In this document: one piece after another, positions 11,323-22,891 of the stretch
How positions within the stretch are numbered: position 1 is the stretch's first letter
Layout: every line of letters starts with the position of its first letter
Assembly (NCBI RefSeq): GCF_001194135.2
Contig: NC_069005.1
Coordinates: forward strand, 9,778,839 to 9,811,796
DNA from: Octopus bimaculoides
Lineage: Eukaryota
DNA length: 32,958 nt
Direction: 5' to 3'
Position numbers and translations under genes: made by a program
Notes under the pieces: model-generated
What the model saw: the letters and a program-made list of their open reading frames with translations, nothing else
What the model was told of the DNA's origin: nothing
Databases searched by the model: none

Positions 11323-11712
11323 TCTTTTTATCTTTTTTTACTTCTCTCAGTCATTAGATTACGGCCATGCTAGGGCACCACCCTTAAGAATTCTTAGTCA
11401 AATGTGTTGACCCCAGTACTTACATCAGTATCTTTTGCTGAATCACTAAGTTACAGGGATGTAAACACACCGACACCAGTTGTCGTGTAGTGTGTGGGTG
11501 GAGTGGACAAACACAGTCACAAAGACACATACACATATTTGTAGTTATACATATATAGGACGGGCTTCTTTCAGTTTCCGTCTACCAAATCCACTCACAA
11601 AGCTTTGATTGGCCTGAGGCTAAAGTAGAAGGAACTTGCCCAGGGTGTCACACTGTAGGACTGAACCCAGAACCATGTGGTTGGGGTGCATGTCTCTTCC
11701 CAGAAAGCCACA
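11323..11712 (-). mobile_element. Bipartite tRNA-derived SINE (A+B)
   Basis: Collinear with 3309-3720: B body 11323-11530, A head 11560-11712. Confidence 0.8.
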
Positions 11713-11726
11713 CTTATAGAAATATA

Positions 11727-11939
11727 TGAGTGGGTGTTGAAAAGTTCCAGGTGTTGAAAAGTTCCAACCATGAAAAGCCTGGTTGGAGGCCCAGAATTCT
11801 TTAACAGAGCTTAGAAAAACTGAAGGACCTCTGCAATAAATGTGTGAATCTGACAGGGGAATATGTTCAATAAAATCATAATAAATTGACCCTCCTGTGT
11901 TTTCTTTTACCCAAGGCCAGGAGCTTTGCAGCACCCCTG
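11727..11939 (+). mobile_element. Non-autonomous mariner deletion derivative (MITE)
   Basis: TA-flanked degenerate TIRs (TGAGTGGGTGTTGAAAAGTTCCAGG / CCAGGAGCTTTGCAGCACCCCTG). The internal 11808-11873 encodes SLEKLKDLCNKCVNLTGEYVQ*, like a mariner transposase C-terminus. Confidence 0.75.
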
Positions 11940-11973
11940 TACATGCATTTATACACACACACACACACATTTA

Positions 11974-12140
11974 AAGGGGTGCTGGAAAATTTCTGGCTTT
12001 AAGGGTATCACAAAATGCCTGGCTGGAGGCCCAGCGTTCCGAGTTCTGGGAGGCGAATATGCTGAATAAAGTCATAATTAACTGATCTTCCTGGAATTTC
12101 TCTTACCCAAAGTCAGGAACTTTTAACCCCCCCACCTCAT
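11974..12140 (+). mobile_element. Second, shorter mariner MITE of the same family
   Basis: Left end AGGGGTGCTGGAAAATTTCTGGCTTT and right end AAAGTCAGGAACTTTTAAC. It shares GCCTGG(C/T)TGGAGGCCCAG and GAATATG(C/T)T(G/C)AATAAA with 11727-11939. Confidence 0.7.
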
Positions 12141-12592
12141 GTGTACCCTTCTGCCCTTTTCTTTGTAGCACCAACAAAAAATTACTCCATACGACAAATA
12201 TATATTTAATAAACAAAAAATTTTACCTACTTACTCAATAATTTGATATATACTTTGTACTATTAAATTATTTCCATCAGACATCTCTCACCTGGTCAGT
12301 GACCAGGTCATAGCTATACAATAATAAAGTTTTGTTTTATTGTTTAACATAATATAATGCACAAGTGACTATCAGGACATTTCATTTCGTTTTTAATGGC
12401 TCTGATGAGTTTTCCATGATGTAATATTAATTGCTTCATGTTCAACACATCACCTTGAAACAATTGACCTTCCTCAACGTTTAATGTACATAGATGTATA
12501 ATATGTGTGTGTGTGTGTGGTGTTTATATGTGTAGACACAAGCCCACACATATATATATAGATATGTAGGTATGTGAGTATGTATTTTACAA

Positions 12593-12624
<32 letters not shown>

Positions 12625-13294
12625 NNNNNNNNNNNNNNNNNNNNNNNNNNNNNNNNNNNNNNNNNNNNNNNNNNNNNNNNNNNNNNNNNNNNNNNNNNNN
12701 NNNNNNNNNNNNNNNNNNNNNNNNNNNNNNNNNNNNNNNNNNNNNNNNNNNNNNNNNNNNNNNNNNNNNNNNNNNNNNNNNNNNNNNNNNNNNNNNNNNN
12801 NNNNNNNNNNNNNNNNNNNNNNNNNNNNNNNNNNNNNNNNNNNNNNNNNNNNNNNNNNNNNNNNNNNNNNNNNNNNNNNNNNNNNNNNNNNNNNNNNNNN
12901 NNNNNNNNNNNNNNNNNNNNNNNNNNNNNNNNNNNNNNNNNNNNNNNNNNNNNNNNNNNNNNNNNNNNNNNNNNNNNNNNNNNNNNNNNNNNNNNNNNNN
13001 NNNNNNNNNNNNNNNNNNNNNNNNNNNNNNNNNNNNNNNNNNNNNNNNNNNNNNNNNNNNNNNNNNNNNNNNNNNNNNNNNNNNNNNNNNNNNNNNNNNN
13101 NNNNNNNNNNNNNNNNNNNNNNNNNNNNNNNNNNNNNNNNNNNNNNNNNNNNNNNNNNNNNNNNNNNNNNNNNNNNNNNNNNNNNNNNNNNNNNNNNNNN
13201 NNNNNNNNNNNNNNNNNNNNNNNNNNNNNNNNNNNNNNNNNGATAGATAGATAGATAGATATAAATATACATATATGTGTTTATATATATCAAC

Positions 13295-13351
<57 letters not shown>

Positions 13352-13522
13352 CATGCGTTTGCCCTGTTTATATGTGTGTTATATACATTACACATGTCTG
13401 CGTGTGTAAAATATACATACACACACACACATGCATATATATAAATATGCATACATACAAGATGGAGTTGCTCCTAGGAAGATATGTATTCACGAAATTC
13501 ATAAACTAGGGACAATGGTAAG

Positions 13523-13564
<42 letters not shown>

Positions 13565-13653
13565 ATATATAAATATTTATATATATACACGTATATGTGT
13601 GTATAAATGTATATATATGTATATATATATATATACATGTGTGTATATACATT

Positions 13654-13699
<46 letters not shown>

Positions 13700-13837
13700 A
13701 TATAATTAATATGTATATGCATATATGAGTACAGGACACACACATATATATATGTATATGTATATATATATGTATATATNNNNNNNNNNNNNNNNNNNNN
13801 NNNTATATATATATATATACATGTGTGTATATACATT

Positions 13838-13883
<46 letters not shown>

Positions 13884-14085
13884 TATACACACACACACTC
13901 ACACACAAACAGACATATATCATCATTGTTCTCATTGTTGGTGTGCACTCTTCCATGCTCGTATGAGTCAAATGAAATTCCTGTTCCCAAGCAAGCCAAT
14001 ATTTCATCATGGCCAAATATATTTTCACGGAAGATTACAAACGAAGGATGTTGCTAATATAACACTCACATATGTTTTCATACAG

Positions 14086-14118
14086 CACACCATTTGAACC
14101 CATACAGGAAATGGGCAA
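14086..14118 (+). CDS. Candidate 33 nt exon of the host gene (may contain the start codon, ATG 14111)
   Basis: Acceptor TTTTCATACAG and weaker donor AA|GTATAT. The length is a multiple of 3. In the phase-2 frame it reads (S)TPFEPIQEMG(K) and joins in frame to the 22847 exon. The ATG context is GAAATGG. Confidence 0.4.
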
Positions 14119-14407
14119 GTATATGTATGTGTGGCATGAGGGCCATTACATCACAAATGGGTTACGCTATATACAGTGGTGTATAGTTATTGGATAAACC
14201 AATTTACGTATTAAATGTATTTCTGGAAGCTGGTACGTAGATACTAATGACTTGTAGGCATGTGGTATTCCGTTATGCAACCATAATAGATTATAAAGAG
14301 ATGGTAAACAAAGAAGGGCTGGAAAGGGAGACAGATTTACAAGGGAGCTGTGGAAGAAAAGGGATACAAATGTAAGACCTTAAGAAATGTATGTCACAGG
14401 GAATAAA

Positions 14408-14620
14408 ACTTGGTTTTCTGATTAGCATGCAGTTTAAAACTTGAAAACCACATTTTAATAAAAATATATTAAAATGCAAATTTATACAAAATATATTAAA
14501 ATGCAAATTTATACTTAGTTTTCTGATTAGCATGCAGTTTAAATTTTGAAAACCACATTTTGACAAAAATATCTTAAAATGCGAATTTATACGAAATATA
14601 TTAAAATGCGAATTTATATG
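14408..14620. repeat. Higher-order tandem repeat: 2 x 105 bp, each made of 51 bp + 2 x 27 bp
   Basis: ACTT(G/A)GTTTTCTGATTAGCATGCAGTTTAAA at 14408 and 14513; the subunit AAAATATATTAAAATGCAAATTTATAC occurs four times with small variations. Confidence 0.9.
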
Positions 14621-14749
14621 AAATATTCTAGACAATTCTCTTTTAAATCTTTCCATTTGGGCAAGCCATGTATTCACCTCTTAAACAAGACACCTGCTCC
14701 TCTGCCTCTATCATAGTTTCTTGTTCCTCCGTTCTATACCTCCACTCAG

Positions 14750-14970
14750 GCGAGAGGTCTTGTCTTGTGGGCGCTTCACAACCTCACTGGTGCTGGTGCC
14801 ACATAAAACGCACCCAGTGTTCTCTGTTAAGTGGCTGGTGTTATGAAGGGCATCCGGCCATTGACACCATGCCAAAGTAAACATTGAGTCTGGTGGAGGT
14901 CTCTGGCGTCTCTGTTCTTGCTGAACTGTTGAGCCTGTGCCAGAATAGAAGAGGGGACATTAAATGATAA
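14750..14970 (+). mobile_element. SINE 3' portion (family F) with GGACATTAAATGAT tail
   Basis: GGTGCCACATAAAACGCACC and GAAGGGCATCCGGCC motifs; the tail runs into (AAT)n. A reverse copy lies at 32361-32488. Confidence 0.6.
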
Positions 14971-14977
14971 CAGCAAC

Positions 14978-15015
<38 letters not shown>

Positions 15016-15099
15016 TGATGTATAAGACTAGACATTGATAATTACTTTCAATTAGTAAAAGTTACATATAATTAATTAATCTACAGCTTTTTCTTTATT

Positions 15100-16239
15100 A
15101 TTATGATAGTGATAAACGATTGTGGTCATTGATATTGCCATCGTCACCGCAACCTTCACCCCCCCAACCACCATCAGTGCCATAGCCAATAACTTCTTCT
15201 TCATCACAATCAACACTGCCACCCCACTGGTCTTCAGTCTCATCCTCCTCATCGTTATTATTGTTGTTGTTGTTGTTTATTGTCGTCATCATCATCATCA
15301 TCATAATTGTCCTCATCGTTGCAGTATCACCAGCACAACAGTCATCATAAGCATCATTGCCATGGCTACAGCAACCATCAACTCATTATCACCACCACCA
15401 CCACCACCACCACCATCTGTTCAGTCATCACCATCATCATGATGATCACCATAATGGCCATCATTATATTCCTGTCATCACCATCACCATCATCATCATC
15501 ATCATCCTTGACATCATCTTCACCTCCTCTTCCACTTGCCCTCCCTTCTTGTTCCCCTTCTCCCCTCCTCTTACCCACTTCCTCTCCTCCTTCATTCCTC
15601 CTCCTCCTTCATTCCTCCTCCTCCTTCATTCCTCCTCCTCCTTCACCTCATCATCATCGTCATCAACCCCATGATCATTATATTTCTCCTCCTCTTCCGC
15701 TTCATTATCATTGCTGTTATCATCATCACCACAACCACCGACACCACCACCACCTCCATGATCATTATTATTATTATTATTATCATCATCATTTACATAA
15801 TCATCACCACCAAAGCCATCCTTGTCAGCAGTTTCTTTGGTGTCATCACCATCACCACCATCACCACCATCATCACCATCGATTCAGTTCTCATCATCAG
15901 CAGCATCATTATCACAACCACCAGCAACATCAACACCACCACCATCATCAATATCATCATTATCACCACCATCATCATCAACATCATATCCCCACCTCTC
16001 CACCACCAGCACCACCACGAACATCATTATCACCACCATCATCATCATCATCATCATGTGAGCACCACCGCCACCAACACCATCATCACCTCAACATCAC
16101 TAGCAACCCCACCACCACCACCACCACCATGAACATCATTAACACCACCACCATCATCATCATCATCATATCAGCACCACCACCACCGACACTATCATCA
16201 TTTCATCATCACTATCACCACCATCATCACCACCACCAA

Positions 16240-16271
<32 letters not shown>

Positions 16272-16580
16272 TCATCGTATCAGCACCACCACCACCATCA
16301 TCACATCAACATCACTAGTAACCCCACCACCACCACCACCACCACTACCATCATCACCACCATCATCATCGTCATCATCACCATCATCATCGTCATCCTC
16401 ATCATATCAGCACCACCACCACTGCCACCACCACCATCATCACATCAACATCACTAGTAACCCCCCCCCCACCACCACCACCACCACTACNNNNNNNNNN
16501 ACATCAACATCACTAGTAACCCCCCCCCCACCACCACCACCACCACTACCATCATCATCATCGTCATCATCTTCCTCATC
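15100..16580. repeat. Long compound (CAT)n/(CAC)n/(CCT)n tract
   Basis: Triplet runs with the spacer C(A/C)TCAACATCACTAG(T/C)AACCCC recurring at about 16090, 16304, 16443 and 16502. Confidence 0.9.
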
Positions 16581-16989
16581 CTTGCTGTCTTCATTATTCA
16601 TATATGTATTTTTACTTCATCCTACATTCAGACGGATTCCGTCCAACAAAGCAGCTCATTTGTCAGACTCCGTTACAGAAACTCTTTGAAGAAGGATCTT
16701 CATTGAGTTGAGATTCTCATGGATTCTTTGTTAATGCGAAAATATCAAAGTTCCTTTGAATGGCAGAAATCGTTTGCTCCAAGCAACAGGGAGAGAGGGG
16801 GAGAGAGAGGGAGGAAAGAGAGATGGGGAGGGAGAGAGAGAGAGGGAAAGACAGGCAGACAGACAGAAATGCAGGGAGTTGGAAAATTGGGAGAGCAATG
16901 AGGGTTAGAAGAGAGCAAGGTTTGGGGGGAGGGGGAGGGAGAAGGATGACAGAGGAAGATGGGAGAGGTAGAAACAAAAAAATATGATG

Positions 16990-17279
16990 GAGTGAGAGAG
17001 AGAGAGAGATAGGGGATATGTGAATAGATAGAGAGAGAGAGAGAGAGAAAGAAAGAAAGATAGATAGAGAGAGAGAGAAAGATAGATAGATAGAGAGAGA
17101 GAAAGAAAGAAAGAAAGATAGAGAGAGAGAGAGAGAGAGAAAGAAAGAAAGATAGAGAGAGAGAGAGAGAAAGATAGATAGATCGATAGAGAGAGAGAGA
17201 GAGAGAGAAAGAAAGAAAGAGAGATAGAGAGAGAGAGAGAGAAAGAAAGATAGATAGAGAGAGAGAGAGAAAGAAAGAA

Positions 17280-17338
<59 letters not shown>

Positions 17339-17499
17339 AAGATAGAGAGAGAGAGAAAGAAAGAAAGATAGATAGAGAGAGAGAGAAAGATAGAGAGAGA
17401 GAGAGAGAGAAAGAAAGAAAGAAAGATAGAGAGAGAGAGAGAGAAAGAAAGATAGAGAGAGAGAGAGAGAAAGAAAGAAAGATAGATAGAGAGAGAGAA

Positions 17500-17570
<71 letters not shown>

Positions 17571-17585
17571 GATAGAGAGAGAGAG

Positions 17586-17616
<31 letters not shown>

Positions 17617-17705
17617 GAGAGAGAAAGAGAGATTGATAGCTAGATAGATAGATAGAGAGAGAGAAAGAGAGATTGATAGCTAGATAGATAGAGAGAGAGA
17701 AAGAA

Positions 17706-17736
<31 letters not shown>

Positions 17737-17816
17737 TGACAAGAGAATATGGGAGAGAGAGAGAGAGAGAGAGATGACAAAGGAATATGGGAGAGAGAGA
17801 GATGACGAGAATATGG

Positions 17817-17848
<32 letters not shown>

Positions 17849-18098
17849 TATGAGGGAGAGAGAGAGGAGTAAAAGAGTGAGAAGAGAAAAAAGGGAGAAA
17901 AATAGAGAGAGAGAAATAAGAGAGAGAGGGGAAATAAAGAAAGAGAGAGAGAGAGAGAGAGATTAGCGAGAGAGGGAGTTGAGCAAAAAATGAGACATGA
18001 ACTGGATAAGAGAGAGATTAAGAGACAGGGAGAGAGAGAGAGATTAATTGACAGCATGATAGAGAGAGAGAGAGAGGGAGTGTGTGTGTGTGTGTTTG

Positions 18099-18129
<31 letters not shown>

Positions 18130-18440
18130 TTGTGTGTGATAGGAAAAAGGAGTGAAGACAAGTTTAAAAGATTGTGAAGGTGAAATAGAATGTGAGGGAG
18201 AGAGAGAGAGAGAGACTATTGCGGAGAGGAGGGAGAGATAGGTGGGAGAAAAAGTGATTGAATGCAAAAAGAAATGCCAAGAAAGATCAAAGAGACAGTG
18301 TACAGGTGTAGGTTTCAGAAGACGAGAGAGAAAGAAAGAGAGAGAGAGAGAGAAAGAGATAGAGCATGAGAAAGAACGAAGAAAGATACACAGACAGACA
18401 AGGAAAAGAAATAAGTAGAGAGAGAGAGAGAGCGAGAGAG
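16990..18440. repeat. (AG)n/(AGAT)n/(AAAG)n purine tract with local higher-order units
   Basis: Near-continuous GA-rich repeats. GATGAC(A/G)A..AATATGGGAGAGAG occurs three times at 17735-17825. Confidence 0.9.
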
Positions 18441-18519
18441 AGAGAGAGAGAGAAATATATATGTGTGTACATGTGTGTATCTGTCAATATATATATGTAT
18501 ATGTATGTGAATGTGTGTG

Positions 18520-18574
<55 letters not shown>

Positions 18575-18883
18575 NNNNNNNNNNNNNNNNNNNNNNNNNN
18601 NNNNNNNNNNNNNNNNNNNNNNNNNNNNNNNNNNNNNNNNNNNNNNNNNNNNNNNNNNNNNNNNNNNNNNNNNNNNNNNNNNNNNNNNNNNNNNNNNNNN
18701 NNNNNNNNNNNNNNNNNNNNNNNNNNNNNNNNNNNNNNNNNNNNNNNNNNNNNNNNNNNNNNNNNNNNNNNNNNNNNNNNNNNNNNNNNNNNNNNNNNNN
18801 NNNNNNNNNNNNNNNNNNNNNNNNNNNNNNNNNNNNNNNNNNNNNNNNNNNNNNNNNNNNNNNNNNNNNNNNNNNNNNNNNNN

Positions 18884-18935
<52 letters not shown>

Positions 18936-19204
18936 CACACATGGTATCTTTAATGTGGGTGTGTATATGTATATATATATATAAAATATATATAAAATCT
19001 ATGTATGACTATAAACAGATGTGTGTGTGTATACATGTGTATATGTACATGTGTGTGTACGTGTGTGTGTGTGTTTAGACAGGCAGACAGATAAATAAGC
19101 CACAGATGCTGAGGTCGATATAATTGACTTTTTCCCTCAAAGCTCTGACATTGTCCTTATGTTGGAAATCATTCTTGGATCTGCAGAATCATCAGAACAA
19201 AAGG

Positions 19205-19352
19205 AAAAATGCTTTTGCAATATTGATTCCAGCTTTTTATATTTCTTGAGTTCAAATCCTGATTAAACCAACTCTGCTTTTCATCCTGCTGGGGTTGATA
19301 AAATAAAGAACTGCTCTAATACTGGTTGGGGGCTGGGGTCAATGTAATCGAT
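19205..19352 (+). mobile_element. Degenerate SINE family C
   Basis: GAGTTCAAATCC...CTTTTCATCC...GGGGTCAATGTAATCGA is collinear with 30417-30600. Confidence 0.55.
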
Positions 19353-19577
19353 AGTAGAATTATTTGCTTAATGATTTGGCAGAATTGTTGGAGCATACGG
19401 CAAAAGACTTTGCAATATTTCTTCTGCATCTGAGGTGACATACTGGCGGAATCGTTTGCACGCCAGCATGTCCATGGTCCACAACCCAATGACTGAAACT
19501 GGTAAAAGTGATAAAAGACTTATGATTTGTATTATGAATGAGAGAGAGAGAGAGAGAGAAAGAAAGAAGTAGAAGAA

Positions 19578-19995
19578 ATGGCCTTGTGGTAAGAAGCTTG
19601 CTTCTCAACCACATGGTTTTGGGGTTCAGTCCCACTGCATGGCACATTGGGCAAGTATCTTCTACTATGCCCCTGGGCTGACCAAAGCCTTGTGAGTGGA
19701 TTTGGTAGACAGAAACTGAGAAGAGCCCGTCATATATATATATATATATATATACAAAGTTTTAAATTTAAATTTTAGAGAGAGATTTGACACTAATATC
19801 CATTATTATTGTAATTACAATAATAATAAATTAGAATAATAATGGATATTAGCGTCAAATCTCTCTCTTAAATTTAAATTTAAAACTTTGGATATATAAA
19901 CAAGGAGAAGGATCCCTAAGGAGTCTAATTTAGACTTTTTTGCGGTGAAATCTCCTGCTATATTGATAACGATTACATGGTTTTCTATGAAAAAT

Positions 19996-20054
<59 letters not shown>

Positions 20055-20270
20055 CTTTGTGTCTGTGTTTATCCTCCTACCACTGCTTGACAACCCGTGT
20101 TAGTGTGTTTACGGCCCCGTAACTTAGCAGTGCATCAAGAGAGTTTGATAGAACAAATACCAGGCTTTTGAACGAAAGACATGCACTGGGTGTCAATTCA
20201 TTCGACTAAAATTTCTTTGAAGTAGTGCCCCAGCATGGCCGCAGTCTAATGACTGAAACAAGAAAAAAAA
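19578..20270 (+). mobile_element. Bipartite SINE (A head 19578-19732, B body ~20046-20270) with a ~250 bp insert in its central TA tract
   Basis: Both halves match the other copies in the window. The spacer is expanded by a hairpin (19755-19890) plus unique sequence to about 19995. Confidence 0.8.
19755..19890. repeat. Inverted repeat, 56 bp arms (2 mismatches), 24 nt spacer
   Basis: 19755-19810 vs the reverse complement of 19835-19890 differ at 2 positions; TA runs flank it. Confidence 0.9.
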
Positions 20271-20689
20271 AATCAACGATTACAGAGAAGTTACAAATAG
20301 ACCACGAAAAGAAACAAATAATGCATCTTCACAGAAATATCTAACCCTTCCATACTGACCACCACCACTGCTGGCACCATTAAACACCTTGTCATCACCA
20401 AGTACTAGCCCCTAATCTTTTGGTTTTGTCTGAAATCAGCCCACCTCTCTAGAATTAAAGGGAAATGCTAGTTTGATTTCTAGGTCTCTCATCTCTTATC
20501 AGATATCTTCATTAAGGTGGAGGCCTTTAAGACAGAATTTTAATTTGCTAATTTGGGTTTTTACATTTTTTGTTTGTTTGTTTTTTCCTTTTTGTTTTGC
20601 CCTGTTTTGTTTTAATGGTTTTGGTATCGAGAACTAAATAATCACCTCTTAGCTTTTCCTTTCATGTTCCTCCCTCTCTCTCAACCTGC

Positions 20690-20850
<161 letters not shown>

Positions 20851-20916
20851 TTCATCTTAATCCTTTTAATGGTAACTGCATCAGACAAGATTTAGCAGAG
20901 AAAAGAACTGAATGCG

Positions 20917-20947
<31 letters not shown>

Positions 20948-21095
20948 AAGAAAGTGTGTGTGCATGTATGTAAGCATATGCTAGCATGTGTTTGTATGTG
21001 TGTGAGAGTATGAATGTGTGTGTGTGTGTGTGTGCATGAGGGTGTGTGTCTGCACCAATGTTGCTATTTCTACCCAAATCTTCCTTGTCCTCCAG

Positions 21096-21131
<36 letters not shown>

Positions 21132-21369
21132 TTACTACCACCACCACCACCACCATCACCACCACCATCATTGCTAATGTTACTATTTCTACTTTTATTA
21201 AGTACTTGCTCTACTACTACTACTACTACTACTGTTTTGTGATTAACGTAGTAATGATTTTTAATCGTTTAGCATGAAATGGCACTAATTTGGTGTGAAG
21301 AAGGAGGAAGAAGAGCGTACAGGGGAATTTTTGGGTGTGCGTGTGTCTGTGAGGGTGGTGGGGGTAGTT

Positions 21370-21570
21370 CATTGGTCTTGAAATGTCCTTTGAGGCCTCT
21401 CCGTTAGATTTGCAAACCTTCTGGCATACACTGCATTGAAAGGTGTGCACAGACATATAGGCAGAATAGTTGGTGGAGGTTCGTTTTCCATGCGTTCGCA
21501 GAATGGATTTGAGGCCAGCAAAAGACAGGCGTGGTCTGTCACAGACTGTGCACAAAAAAGGTCATTGTCA
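21370..21570 (-). pseudogene. Decayed tandem C2H2 zinc-finger pair, probably a LINE (RTE-like) ORF C-terminus
   Basis: CTVCDRPRLSFAGLKSILRTH, then FQCSVCQKVCKSNG and, after a frameshift, GLKGHFKT. The C..C.R.C.S..GL..H pattern is typical of LINE C-terminal fingers. Confidence 0.55.
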
Positions 21571-21603
21571 TTCACCTTCTTGATCGTTACATACTCATAC
21601 ACA

Positions 21604-21700
21604 ACAGGCTTCTTTCAGTTTCCATTTGCCAAATCCACTCACAAGGTTTTGATCATCATGAGGCTATATTAGAAGATGTTTGTCCAAAATGTGATGCAAT
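21604..21700 (-). mobile_element. SINE family A 3' fragment
   Basis: GGCTTCTTTCAGTTTCCATTTGCCAAATCCACTCACAAGG matches the other A copies. Confidence 0.75.
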
Positions 21701-21737
21701 TATGTTGTTAAAAATTATGTAAAGTATTATTTTCTAT

Positions 21738-22056
21738 GTGGAGGCGCAATGGCCCAGTGGTTAGAGGAGCGGACTCGTGGTCGGAGGATTGCAGTTTCGA
21801 TTCCCAGACTGGGCGTTGTGAGTGTTTATTTAGCAAAAACACCTTACCTCCATGAGGCTCTGGCAGGGGGTCGTGGCAACCCCTGTTGTACTCTTTCGAC
21901 CCAACTTTCTCTCACTCTTTCTTCCTGTTTCTTGAGTAATGCTGTGACGGACTGGTGTCCCATCCAGCTGGGGGGAATACATATGCCATAGGAACTGGGA
22001 AACCGGGCCCATGAGCCTGGCTAGGCTTTAAAAGGGCGCATAAATAAAATTAAAAA
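21738..22056 (+). mobile_element. Full-length tRNA-derived SINE (family D) with TSD and a Meta/V-like central domain
   Basis: A box TGGCCCAGTGG at 21750-60, B box GTTTCGATTCC at 21794-804, A-rich tail at 22042-56, and 12 bp TSD ATTATTTTCTAT at 21726-37 and 22057-68. Confidence 0.85.
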
Positions 22057-22577
22057 ATTATTTTCTATATAAAATATGAAAATTAGTGAGTTATACGAAA
22101 TGCATACGTGGGTGTTAACAAACCATTTTGTACACACTTATTCTGCCTCTTATATGTGTGCATACTTCACTTGTGGTTTGCTATTCAAATTTCAGCTCCT
22201 TTTTTAAACTTAATACAACTCTCAATTTCATGCATCCTAATCTATCTAACAATTATCTACATGGATTACCATTGAACTTTAAAAGCTCAAAGACAATATA
22301 GTGTATTGGTATATTTATTTTTTTATATATTATTTTTTTTTTATATATTAATTTATACTTTTTTGTAAAAAACATTTTCATTCTCCCTCTTCTTGAAAAT
22401 TTGGCATGCAATGAAAGCCGGTTAGAAATCCTTTTTACACTTCTATATTAAAATATGCTTTCAGTTTAGCATTCTGCCTTATTATTATTTTTCATTTTCC
22501 TATTATTTCTCCACGTGCGGTTAACACAACCCCACTATTTACTGACTTTTATATATATATATATACATATATGTAAT

Positions 22578-22768
22578 TGTGTCTGTGTTTGTCTTCCCCC
22601 ACCATTGCTTGACGACCGATGATGTTGGTGTGTTTACATTCCTCCAGGACTTATTCTTTGTAAGCCTGGTACTTATTCTATCAGTTCTTTTGCCGAACTG
22701 CTAGGTTATGGGAACATAAACACATAGCCACAGTCAAATGACTGAAACAAGTAAAAGAATAAAAGAAG
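22578..22768 (+). mobile_element. SINE family B body with an internal inversion
   Basis: Forward 22578-22642, reverse-complement segment 22643-22723, forward 22724-22768, judged against the intact copy at 31569-31780. Confidence 0.8.
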
Positions 22769-22846
22769 ACATGTGGATTTATGTATGTATATGAAAATGT
22801 ATGTATGTTGTTATACACATCATTAACCATATGTTTTGTATTCCAG

Positions 22847-22891
22847 GCGATGGAGAAAGCACAAAAAAGATAGGCACAAGTATAAAAAAAG
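22847..22891 (+). CDS. 45 nt internal exon; phase-2 frame RWRKHKKDRHKYKK(R)
   Basis: Acceptor TTTTGTATTCCAG and donor AAG|GTATGT. The length is a multiple of 3 and it sits in unique sequence between repeats. Confidence 0.65.

Noticed and set aside
12290-12308. 19 bp palindrome ACCTGGTCAGTGACCAGGT as a Helitron end
   Set aside because: No CTRR terminus follows at the expected distance, and a single short palindrome can arise by chance.
13462-13517. Exon ending ATG|GTAAGA
   Set aside because: The donor is good but the acceptor (CATACAAG) is poor with no pyrimidine tract.
16441-16560. Apparent 60 bp tandem duplication around the 10 N gap
   Set aside because: Near-identical sequence on both sides of a minimal gap is most simply an unmerged contig overlap.
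15307-16689. 460 aa His/Ser/Pro-rich ORF
   Set aside because: It is a translation of (CAT)n/(CAC)n/(CCT)n microsatellite, spans an N gap, and overlapping frames are similarly open.
16632-16710. Exon after the strong acceptor TTCATCCTACATTCAG
   Set aside because: All three frames stop within about 80 nt and no convincing donor follows. A terminal or poison exon cannot be excluded.
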